A stretch of 64,000 bases of DNA from Diadema antillarum. Taxonomy: Eukaryota. Location: contig NW_027270918.1 of assembly GCF_040938485.1 (NCBI RefSeq), forward strand, positions 6,758,001-6,822,000, written 5' to 3'. Made by a program: the position numbers and the translations under genes. Under the pieces are notes generated by a model. That model was not told the origin of the DNA, did not search any database, and was given only the letters and a program-made list of their open reading frames with translations. Below are positions 35,601-47,873 of the stretch, one piece after another; position 1 is the stretch's first letter, and each line of letters opens with the position of its first letter.

Positions 35601-38600
35601 GCATTAAACTTCATGATGCAGCTCAGCCTCTTCACACTTCCACGTCGGGGCGGGAAAAGCGCATCGGCGTATAAACTTCGACGTGCGATCGTCTGCGCGA
35701 AACCAAGTCCCCCGTGGCGATATCAAATCGGCGTGAAAACGAATTTATCGGCTGCAGCGTCACACATCCGCATCCATATACACCTTAACTCGACACATAC
35801 AAAAGAATAAACTCTCCGGTTACCCCCCAAGACCTACGGCTTCGTATTTACCGGATTAATCATTCACGTTTACTGAATTTTCCCTCGACGAAACAATCGT
35901 ATTCAGTCGGTTCATTTGCATATTCCTGTCTAGATTTCAGCTAACGAGTGATTTGCACGCGTCAGCATGTTGTGAGCAAACTGTCTGCACCTATATCTTC
36001 GCTTTTCGAATTCGTGTTAACTTTATTCAGTCCACTTTTACATTTTGTCAGCACGCCACAAAAACAGATCTACAAGTATGCCTTTTCTCGTTGTTTCGAA
36101 AATGAACAACAGGAAGAGCTAGGAATGGAAAAAGTCAAGTATGCATCGCACGAACACGAGTTTACCCTCGAGATAGGAATAGTGGGACTTGCAAACGCAA
36201 AAGAATGAACAAACGTTTCAGCAGAATTTTGTAAGCACTCTCGCGCAGATTTAACATCATTGCTGCCAGCTGACATTTTCACTGAGAACCGCTTGATGAA
36301 TCATAATGCCGGACTAGACTACTGTATAATGATGTGGTTTTCAAATAAAAAAATAAAAAGAGAAATAATTCGGTTGTGATCTATACCCACGTGACTGAAA
36401 AATGTCTTTTTGAAGAAACTCAAAACTGAGCCCCCCCCCCCTCCCTCTGAATAATATCTTTCTTTCATTTAATGTCTTTTTTCTTGGAATAATCTAAGTT
36501 CTTGTGATGGATTTCTGGACACTTGATGCAAATCATTGTAATCGATACAGACTGCGCCATCAAGGTGCCGAAAAGGGAGAGTCTGCGTGAACATTTTCTG
36601 GTCAAGTACGCTTCTCATAATCCTCAGTGTTGGCGCCAAAACACAATTTGAAACACAATCTCAGCGCAGATAGCAGACGTCAGAGTGAATCGTCATAGAA
36701 TCACGCTCATCAGATGGGAACCATGTCAAATACAGACAATCATATCGGTCGTCGACCCAATCTGCTGGCTATTTCTGTCATGATTCTGGCTTTCAAGAAA
36801 AAAATAAGGAGCCAACTGAACTCGTGCGCAGCTCAAGAGAGAGAGCAATAATTGGAATTCTTGGGGAGATTAAAACAAAACATCGCGATCTTCGGGGATT
36901 CTGTGGATCGCTGCATGATGCGGCCAATTTACGTACAGATGGAAACGAGCGCACATCCATTTTTATGAAGATGTAGATGAAAAAAAAAATCGTCAACATA
37001 TCACTTTGCTGTTCCATCTTCAACAACCAACGGTGATGTGAAAAACACGTGTACGGAATTATCTCATTCTTGAAGAAGAAAAGTACTCAACGCTGAGATT
37101 CTGCTGTGACAGTAAACTTCGGCAAAGATTATTCTGCCGTATTTCAGTCGTTTATCTAGTTTCCTTGCTTGCTTGGTTACATTTGTTTTTCTTATCAGAA
37201 ATGGGTGAAGGAATGGAAATTATAGTTTTGGGGTTGTGATCCGGACAAGCGACTGGATCCAGAAATCTTAAAAGTTTACTTTTACAAGATAGAGGGATTT
37301 CACCACTATACATGTTAACTCTTCGAAGAATGCGCATAACGGTTGATCAGAAGTTTCAGAACAACAGTCTACAGGTCTTTAACACCACAAATTTAGACTG
37401 GATGCAGGCAATATTGTGGATCTGAATATTCAGATTGGTCAAATTTGTACTGTTTGAAAAACCAGAAAGAATTTGGAAGTGCAGTTGTGTGACTTTTTAA
37501 AGAAATGTCCTGCCTGAATTTATCCATTTTCTTTTCTGATCAATTTTCAAGAAAGATGTGCATGTGCCATGAACTAGATTCTACAGAATGTGACTGAGAA
37601 TACCGGTCCTATAGATTGTTCACATTTATGTTTGTTGTTTGACAGAAAATTAGTTTCTGTTGAAGTCAACTTCCAATGATCATGATGAAAACACTGATAA
37701 TAAAAGTAATGACAGTAACAATGATAAAGATATAATTATGTATGTATATAAATACATCATACAGCTGTATATATACATATATATGTACATATATATATAC
37801 ATACAAACATATATATATATATATATATATATACATACATATACATCTGAAACAAGGTCCTAATCACAATAAGATACATTTAGTTCCATCATTTCAATCC
37901 ACACATGCCTGATGACAAAATACGATGGAATGGACTTGAATGATGTACTTCAGTAGTCTGATTATCCTATAATGTGTATGTTCATGAGTTTTGTGTGGGC
38001 AAATCAGGTCTTATGGATAGAATAAAGCACGTGACTCCATAACACTGCAGCTGTATGCACCTGTGCATATCACAACTGTCCTCTATTTCGCAGGTAATTT
38101 CATACACAGTGCGATATAATCTGTGTTTCTGAATCTTCCGCAGGTCCCTTTCATTAAGATTGTGATCACAAATACATGAAGATGTGCGCCGAAATAATTG
38201 ACCTATCCCTATGAACGCATACGTTATTTTGAACTCGAAACATTTTGGCTTGGTGGACTCTGAGGGTATGTGGTGACATGTCATATTTATTGAAAGAATC
38301 AGCGGCGCTAATGTGTACTGAAACACTTACAAGTTTGAGAAAAAGAAGAGTATGAAAATTAGGAGGGGGAGAAAGCTTGTAGGCCTATGTGCTTCAGTAC
38401 ACATAATCGCCAATAATTTTTCCTCTGAATATGACATGTCACCTCATATATACCCTCAGAGTTCACCAAGCCAAAATGTTTCGAGTACAAAATAATACAG
38501 GAGGAGGAATAAGCAGAGGAGGAGGAGGGGATTCTTTTTTTTTTAGCGCAACCGACGCGAAACCGAAACCTTCTTTTCGCATCTCAAAACGTAGTTCACC

Positions 38601-41600
38601 ATTTTTCAGGTGTTCGCAGTGGGATGTCCCAGTTTCCTTGCACTAGTTAAACTTTATTTTCCCCCAGACCCTGTCCTAGAATCCTGGATCAGAGCCCTCA
38701 CCTCTTCACCACCGGGAGTTGCTTCCATTAGGCTCATTCAAGCCGCCCAGAAGCTACTACTTGAATTGATTTTACCCAAGTGATTCAACTCTCAATAGAG
38801 AATAATGCAAGCGTCAATTAAAACATCATGATGATAATGAGAAATGGCAATGACGAAACGACTGGATGTAAGAATATTATTATACATGACTACCCAAGAT
38901 AGTAATGCGAAATAAGAATTATGACCATCCTAGGAAGACTATTTTCTTGAAGTAGTCATCTGGCTGGTCATATGGTAATAATAATGTAAAGTTTCGGACA
39001 CAAACACTGACACACACACACAATGTCACGTATAATATCATGATTTGATGTGTGTAAACATATCGAAGGCTCTTGATTTTCTTCCATGCATGCTGGACAA
39101 GATCATTCAAAGTAAGTTTGAATGCAGAAAACTCTCAAGGAACAAAATTGCAATAATTCAAATACTGATTTATTTTTTTCTCATACTATACACTTGCCAA
39201 CCAATATCTGTATCGGTCACAATTTCGGTCTTCTCTGTATAGTCTTCAGCTCAGTTTTACAGCTTACAAAATATCATTCTGGTCCCAAGATCAAAGCATT
39301 GTTATTTGTGCAATCTGTGCAATCAAACATACAGACAACTGCTCTTACCTCTTCATCGCCAAAAGGGCGTTTATAGAACCAGTAGATGGTTGAGTGTATA
39401 TACACACATGAGTGTGTGTGTGTTTAAGTATACTAAATAAGATTTTTAAATATGAGAGGTACACATCAATACTGTACGCCAATTTACATTCACCAGGATA
39501 AAGTAACCCGTTCCATACTAAATTCTGAAATGCTCATAGGCATAATACCCGGGCCACCAGGTTCTCGTACCGAACAGGTTAAACTGCGACGATGTTGTAC
39601 GATGTGTTACGTCATAGAAAGTATATCTATGATATCCACTTTTCCTCTTCAAACTTTTTATAAATCTTCAGCTATAATCCATTTGATTCACTATACACCC
39701 TGGTTAATGGTTTTTTTTTTTTAATCGTGTTATTTGTTTTTTTTTTTTGCCGACAGCAAAGCTTACGAATTCCAGTAAAATGTCCAAACTTTACAAGGAG
39801 GTTTATCAGATGGTTGGAGAAAATAATATACTTTTTTTCCCCTGATGCATGGCAGAATAGAATTACATTATTGACAAGCGACCTAGCTCTTTCGGGTTAT
39901 GCGCGCTGAAAATTAATGACATATTAGGTTTTACACATACCTGCACAGTGCAATACTTTGTTTAAGTCCGTGAAACATCATGAAAATTAATTTTACAAGA
40001 GATCCAATGTCATTCAAAATTTTCCGCCGTTTTAAACAGTTTATACTCTATGAACATGTCTGTCGAATATTATTGTTGTTTTCATAGGGTCACTGTTCCA
40101 AGTAAACGTTTGATTTCCACTATTGCCCAGTCCTTGACCTTGACATTATCGATTGCAATCTCCGATTCTTCCCCTTGGCATTCTAGATTTTTTTTCCCCG
40201 TCGGGTTTTCAATATATGTCACCGATCATCTGCGCAGAGAAAGCCGTTCTGTCTGGTGCCAGTGATAATTGTCATTAAAGGCGGATCCTAAAGCCCTGAT
40301 GGATGGCAGTGATGTGTGAGGGGGATGGAGAGTGCGGGTGATTACAAGGGCAAACAGAATCACTGATCACCGTGGCTCATCGTCAAAGGATTATTAAAAT
40401 GGGACGTAGGGATATAGACATCGACGCCGCAACCATCACGACGTATAAGAATGGTGGAACGGTTACCCGCTCTAGGCATAATACATGACTCGCAAAGCAG
40501 CAATGTTTAAATCTTTTCCAAACTCATCACAAAATCTCATATTTCACAGCTTTATTGATTATTTCTGTATAGCGGTAGATGGAGGGGGAACTACTGATAC
40601 ACTTGAGGCTTTTTTTTTTCAACCGACTGGGCTTTCTATTTTGCCTAGAAACAATGTACAAAATGCGATGAGATAATTGTTGGTGACTTGCAATATTGAA
40701 GATGGTCAACGTCAAAGTTTAATGATCTCTCATGACATTTCCTAATCGCAAGGAAAGGATTGTTTGTCTTTTTCTCATAATATACATTGTAGCTCAAAAA
40801 TCTTCATGACATGTGTATAAAATACATTTGTGACGTAGGTTTTAAAAAGAACAGAATTTAGGATAAAAAACAACTTTATCATAATCATACGATCATAAAG
40901 ATGTCGTATCAATACTTCTATACATACTTCGCTAAAGGATACTGTTTGTGATCATCTTCAGGTTGTTATTGCAGGATGATTCCACCCTACTGTTATTCCC
41001 CTTCCCTTCCATTTTAGAACATCATGATCCAGGAGGTATGCATTATTGAATAAACATATATGCACGCCATACAGCGCATTTTAGTTTTATCCAAGCCCTT
41101 CCCCTACGGGTGTATTTGCATTGATTAAATTCACGAGGATGCATAGTTTGACATTGGTCCCATGGATATACGCGTGCTCCAGCGGTATACTCACTTCAAC
41201 CGCGCAAATAAAACAACTCCATTATTATGATTCAAGGACAAACAGAGGACATTCAGCAACCTTTCTCATGGGGGGAATGGCAGCAGACAATACAAGCAAA
41301 CCAATGCAAAGACGCATGGTGTTTTGCTTTTAGTTGACGTCCTTAATTTGCCCATAAATTTCCCCAAACGAGTCCCACTGTCGTGGCGCCTGATGTGGAC
41401 GTCGCGCCATGGAGCTGGTATCTCGCTTTACACAGACCTCCGTACAAGTGCGTGTGTAAGAGGTCGCCTGAGTGGCGTACACACATACACACACATGGCG
41501 GGTGTGGAGGGAACGCTTCACTAAAAGCATGAATAAAGCATGCCCTGCGCGTTTCCCGCGTCATCCTATTATCATAACGAGTCTCTCACCCCGCTACTTG

Positions 41601-43329
41601 TTGCTGTAATCGCCTTGCTCGCCGAGCTGATCACTCAAAGGTTATGTATATAAAGGAGCCGTCGGAGAATACAAATCCCAGAATCAGGCAAGAACTTCGG
41701 CGGGTCAGCCGGCGTACAAATGAAATGCCAACGGGCGGGCAGAATTGCGACCCTGATTAGATGAATAAATGGAAGACATTTTCACAATCAATGTGAGGCG
41801 TCTTGTGTGGCTCGGCCGTTTTCATGGTGATATGAACGCGGCAGGCATTGGATTCGAGCAGACATGCTCTTTTAACACACCGACTCCATTGTTACTCATA
41901 AAGGTGTAAGGATGAGTGACCTTGCCTTGATGCATCTTGTTTTTATCATCCTCTCATCGCAATGAAGATGGTACTTGCACTCTCGAAGTTTATTCATATT
42001 CAAATGAGCGTCGCTGAATATAGATGATTTCAATTATCAATGACAAAACAAAAGCTATCGGCATGACATGTATGACATGCCAAATGCATTCATACCACAC
42101 AAGATAAAGGTTGTTCCGGATATCCAAAAGCTTTCCTAAGACTTGCCCGACATTGTATCCGGCGTATGCAAAACCAAATTTCAGATATATATCGAAATGT
42201 ATTCAAAATGACAAAGTGAAAAAAAAATTGATTCCAAGTCAATGTGGATAACATTTGTAGATCTGAATAAATACCTAAGCAGGTCCATTAGCAACAATCG
42301 TACAAACACAATTTAGAGACCAAAACGTCTTAAACCCTATTCATGCATTTAGATTTATGTTTTTCATTTCCGATACTTTGAGATGCATCTTATACGACGG
42401 ACAATATAAGGTATTGAAATAACCGCATTTTTATCATCAACAACACAAAACGGCTAATCTGTGACAAGTCAAATGGTTGGATGTTGAGCTGTTGGAGTGT
42501 CCTTTCTGTCGGCCAAAGACGTGGGGTTGGCAAGGAAGGCGGCAAGAACTTGAGGGGACTGTGGGTGGATGATACCCGCTCCTTGATTCAGTATTTGGTG
42601 AGCAATCAGAGTTTCCGTTCTGCTAGAATCGCCTCCAGTGAGGCCCCCTTTAAGCCAAGGGAAAATAACACATCTGAACGGAATGAAAGCTACAATTTGT
42701 TGGCTTACTTTCAAATTGACCTCTTTTAGGGGCGGTTCAGTTGTCACGAGTACAAGGCAGCTTGAGGGAAGTATACACTAGCTGTGTGTACTTTATAAAC
42801 GCACCTGCTAAGACTAACGGCTGAACACAAGTTGGGCTACTCTTCTTTCTTTCTTTCTTTTTTTTTTTAGGGAGAGGGGGTGGTACCCTGATTTCCGTTT
42901 GAATGTTATTCAAGTTTCTGGTTCTCTTAAGGAAGAAAACTGCAATGTTTATTTTTTACTTCATGAATTTCCTCACCCAACAGTAGAGTTCTCGAAACTT
43001 CTCCGACATTAACTACTTCCAAGTTGCATAATATTCCCCCTAACCTTTCAGCCACCATAGTTCTAATGAAATGTGAATCTCGCACTGAAAGTCGATACCT
43101 AGGCCTATATCTTTTCAATTTTGTGTCCACTGTTCTGGATGCTCATCGGCATCGTTATTAAAAGTGGTGACGTCATATCATAGCTCACCTCATGTTTTTC
43201 TTCTCAAAAGCTTGATAAGTTTTATAGTGCTTGACCATAAGTAAATGTTTGAATTGGATTGACTTGAATCTTAAATAGAATTACTAGTTTGATATGTTTT
43301 ACGTGGCCTCTAAGGAAGGAACCTTAATA

Positions 43330-43515
43330 AGGGATATTTGTGGAGCAAGCAACCATGGGATCAACGATCACTGAAAGCCCCCTCCCATTAGGACTAGGCA
43401 ATGTAATGAAGTAAAAGTGCCTTGCCTAGGAACACTACCGCCGCAGTCAGGGGAATCGAACGACGGACCTCGTAATAATGATAGCGCGTTGTCTTAACCA
43501 CTGAGCCCACAACTC
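43330..43515 (-). mobile_element. tRNA-derived SINE (diverged)
   Basis: Minus strand reads GTGGGCTCAGTGGTTAAGAC (A-box-like) ... GTTCGATTCC (B box, forward 43452-43461), then GTGTTCCTAGGCAAGGCACTT..ATTGCCTAGTCC, a SINE core-like body. Confidence 0.7.
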
Positions 43516-43783
43516 AGCAGCGTAAGCATCCTCGTTAATGTCATAGGTGGAAACCAGTGGGATCACATGACAGTAATCTTGCACTATCGCGGTTTTGAAT
43601 CAATTTTTACAAGACATGCAGAAACGTGCACAGTTCTTTACGGTGACAGTGGTGTGTTGCCCCTCTGTCAAGCAGCGTGTGAGAACAGCGTGTAATATTT
43701 AGGAGAATGGTCCGTATACACGCTTGTATCACGTCCGTGGCCACAACAGTGACACGATATTTACTCTTGCGACGATTGTTCTA

Positions 43784-44336
43784 GTCTTATTTTCTCCAAA
43801 GACTTAGGGTTAGGGTTAGGGTTGTGATGGAGTTTTAGGGTTAGATTGATGTGAGGATTCGGATAAGGGTAAGGGTTATGTTTGTGGGTAGAAATTTTGT
43901 TTGGCTTAGCGTGCATCATGCAGATATTCCATAGGAGCAACTGTCGCCGGAGCAAATGTCATGGAACCGGTCACAACATCACAGGTTGTGTCGGTTTAGG
44001 TCATAATGTGAAAACGGTATGTTTATCTCAACATCAGTGTGGTAACGAAATATTTCCTTTAGCAGGTGGGTATGTCTGCATTCTCTCACGTGACTAACTG
44101 GGACCATCCGCCACTACCATCTAAATTCTACAACGACAATAGATGGTGACCCCGGTTTCACATTTGCTCCTGCGACAGTTGATCCCTGAAATGTCTGCAT
44201 GATAACCCAAACATAAATTCTACCCACAAACATAACCGTAACCCTAATCCTAATCCTCTCATCACACATGTCAAACTAAATCTAAAATCCTATCACAATC
44301 CAAACCCTAGACCCAAATCCTTGGAGAAAATAAGAC
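43784..44336. repeat. Inverted pair of ~190-bp repeats containing TTAGGG-like tracts, with a ~170-bp spacer
   Basis: The left arm 43784-43974 (GTCTTATTTTCTCCAA..TTAGGGTTAGGGTTAGGG..GTCGCCGGAGCAAATGTCATGGAACCGG) is mirrored by 44146-44336 (CCGGTTTCACATTTGCTCCTGCGAC..CCCTAATCCTAATCC..TTGGAGAAAATAAGAC). Confidence 0.8.
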
Positions 44337-46990
44337 CGCAGCATTTTCATGTCACCGGTGGACTCACGTTAGAAGCCTGTGATTCCTTCTTGGAGCTTTC
44401 AGAATTAGTTCTGGTTTGATGAAGACCTCTTTTCATACATCTAGCTCCCAAAATTGATTTCTGTCAAGTTGATTATTCACTTTTTACAAGCACTGGAATA
44501 TTATGCGTACACTAGATGAAGCAGGATCCGAGGAATCCACAAGTATGTATGAAACTCTTGAGGAAAAAAGATTGTTAGGGATTTTATGAGGACCTTCTCG
44601 CAGTTTGTGCTTCGTGTGTGAGGCGTCCTGAGCTTTATCAACAGCATACTCTCATCCGTCTCTCTTCCCTCTTTTTCTCCCTAAATTAGGGCAAATTATC
44701 CCTGGAGATCGGTGCCCGAGTCTGGTGGGGGGTGGGCAAAATGAGACTAATGTAACGTGACATCTATTTCATTATGGCCTCGCCGGGCGTAGAACCGACA
44801 TGAACGATATCTGCCCCGGGCATCCTTAGGATTTACCCGCCCAAAACTGTGTGCCGCAAAGCCAATCTTGGAGACGCCGGTTCGTAATAGAGTAAAAATA
44901 GCAAAAACAACAAGAATAACATCACCATGTCTATGGACTTTTGTATAGATCTCCTTCCTCATCCTACAAGGGTACACTGAGGATTTGGTTCGCGGCTCCT
45001 GCGGTGCAAATCATCTACCTACTGCCACTCGTTATCGTTTAACCCGTGCTGCTAAGCGGGAAAATCGCAGAGCACGCCTCGCGTCTGAGGTTTAGCGAGG
45101 TAATCTGGCAGAATGGATTTTGACACCAAATTATGATTGCTCATCGCTTTAAGTGCACTGTCAACAAGTTGATGTCAAAAAATTATTCGAGCCGGTGTTT
45201 ATTAGGGCTAATGCACTCAAGACAATATGGAACTGGAAACACATAGGTGAGTTTGTTGTTTCCTGCTTTGTTCGCCATCGCTATACAATGTGAGGATAGA
45301 AACATTCTCTCCTTTTACTTCTTTGTACTGTAATCATCATTGCCGTCATTTTAAGCGTTCTCGTTAATACGTTATCTCATTTGTTTAAATTGAAAGATGA
45401 TCACATTAATGGACATTATATTTTGAATAATTCTAGCACGTGTGGCAATTAGAGAAGTACGAAAAATTCTCGAATATCGCAAATAACAAAGTGCGCTTGT
45501 CTTTCCCTGATGTGATAAGATAAAATCTCAAATAGTGACACAATTTTCTATGCACGTTATGAAGGTTACACTCATCAGTTGAGAGTTTTTTTTTAATCTG
45601 CAGTGGTGGCGCTTTCTACAGCGTTCCATGGCCACAGGACAGACACTGAAGGAAACTGCTTATAATCTGTTCTTAGTCCTTGTCAAGATTGCATGTGAAA
45701 ATATCACTATTTTGAGGATTATTTGAACTGGTCAAAAGATCATATATATTGGGCGGCAATTGGTAGCTTTGCTTGTTCTTTAACTTGATACAGACCATAT
45801 TATTCTCCATGTTCGTCACGGTTATTTACAATGCACCAATGGATAAAATTCGTTTTTAACCATGAGCCTCCGATTCTCGAAAACAATGTGTGTTTATGTT
45901 CCCTACGTTGAATACTCCTTTTGTCTACCAGGTCTGTATTCTTCCCTCTTCTTAGTGAAAAATCATCCGAATTTGATCTCAGGCTGCTCCGATCAACTAT
46001 AGCCCGATCACGGCTCCCGTCTTCGTCACAGCATAATGCAATGACAAATTTGGTCGCCCAAGGAGTTCGAATCATCTAAAATTCCATGACATCGCGCTGG
46101 GCGTGTTGCTTGAATCTCGGGTCTGGCGAAGGGAAAGCGGTAACGTGATGATGCTTTGTGAACAATCTTTTCATCGGATCTGATAAGCACTCCGGGGGCT
46201 TCACGCGGATTGAAAACCGACTCTGATGTTCACGAAGGCACATTGCGGCTACAGGCTTTCTCAAACTTCACGACTGCACACACATTTTGCACATTTTGTG
46301 CATTCTATGCCGAACAATAGGGAGGGAGATAGCACTAGTTTTTTCAGCAGCTGCCTCTGAAAAGAGAGGGGGGAAAACACATTCACGTACATTTCAATTG
46401 GCCTATATGGCGTTTACCTTTAAGCTTGTTACATCGCCGTACATCATAAATGAGTACACCAAAGTAAGGGTATTAACCGCAGAATTTTGCACAAATTGGG
46501 ACCAATCTAGGCACGGGCTTAATGTAATAGATGTATTCGCATTGACGTATATTCGAGCAGCGAGATTTCATTAAAATGCTGCTGACATAGGCAGACGATA
46601 TGCAAGTTGTCCCGCGCTTTGCCTGTGCCTTAAATAGATGTACACAAAATGCCTCTTCGCCGTCGACAGAATGTGGGGACATGCATCAATAAAGGTTTGC
46701 TCTCCTTATTGCTACCTTTCCCCCCACTCATAAATGTCAAATGCAGCAAATACATATATGATTCGATATATTACAAAGCACGACATATTCCACTTTTATT
46801 ACTGAACCTCTCTCTCTCTCTTTCTCATTCTCTCACTCTTTCTCTTCCTCGACGGGTTTATACTTATCCTGGCGTCTTATTTTCTTTTTGTGCTTTCCCT
46901 TCAACAAATCATTGTCTTCCACGATGTGTTGTACGTATTGTACGCACCCATTGACTTTTATTTTATGATATCCTTTATTCGAATTTTGAG

Positions 46991-47026
<36 letters not shown>

Positions 47027-47477
47027 TAATATATGTATATATATATATATATATTATTTGAACATATACTAAGGAGTTGTTTGATTATATGAATATGTAT
47101 TTTATGATGGGTTTATATATTCACAATTGTATGTGCAAATAATAATTATATAATACAATATATGTATATATTATACCCATTAATAATTTTAATTGTACTA
47201 TTCTGCCTCAACCAACGAATTATTGACTCTCCGGTTTCGAACCGTCTGAAAAATTACAACGCGTCTCTTCCTTGAAATTATCCCTCTGTTTTTCCCCTGA
47301 AGAAGAAAAATCGAAATAGATAACATCTGTCGGGCTTAGCCGTGATGATGATGTTGACGATTGTCAGATGACGACCATCGTAAGGAAACATGAACACGTT
47401 GTGAGAGGAAAGTAATATATTAGACACAGTCATGAAAATATTACACGCAATGAACTTCTTAATATAGATGTAAATAT

Positions 47478-47562
47478 CAATATGAATATAAATACAAATA
47501 TAAATATAAATATAAATATAAATATAAATATAAATATAAATATGAATATAAATATAAATATA
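47478..47562. repeat. (ATAAAT)n hexanucleotide repeat
   Basis: Directly visible. Confidence 0.9.
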
Positions 47563-47827
47563 TCATATATAGGCCCTACATGTCAAAACAGTCGAATCTT
47601 TTAAGATCCGTCCAAAGGCAAATCTTGCTTTTGCATCTGTTCATGCTCTCTTTTTCCTTCTGTTTCTTTTCCCACATCCGATATGTATGATATATTATAT
47701 ACTATATACATCACATATTATGCTTACATGTATGCATATAATTTTGATACGCACAAACACAAACACATGTTTATGTGTGTAATAAATATATGTTTGCATA
47801 TATATATATATATATATATACATGTAT

Positions 47828-47873
<46 letters not shown>

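Noticed and set aside
43801-43825. True telomere or chromosome-fusion site
   Set aside because: Only about three perfect TTAGGG units, embedded in an interspersed repeat arm.
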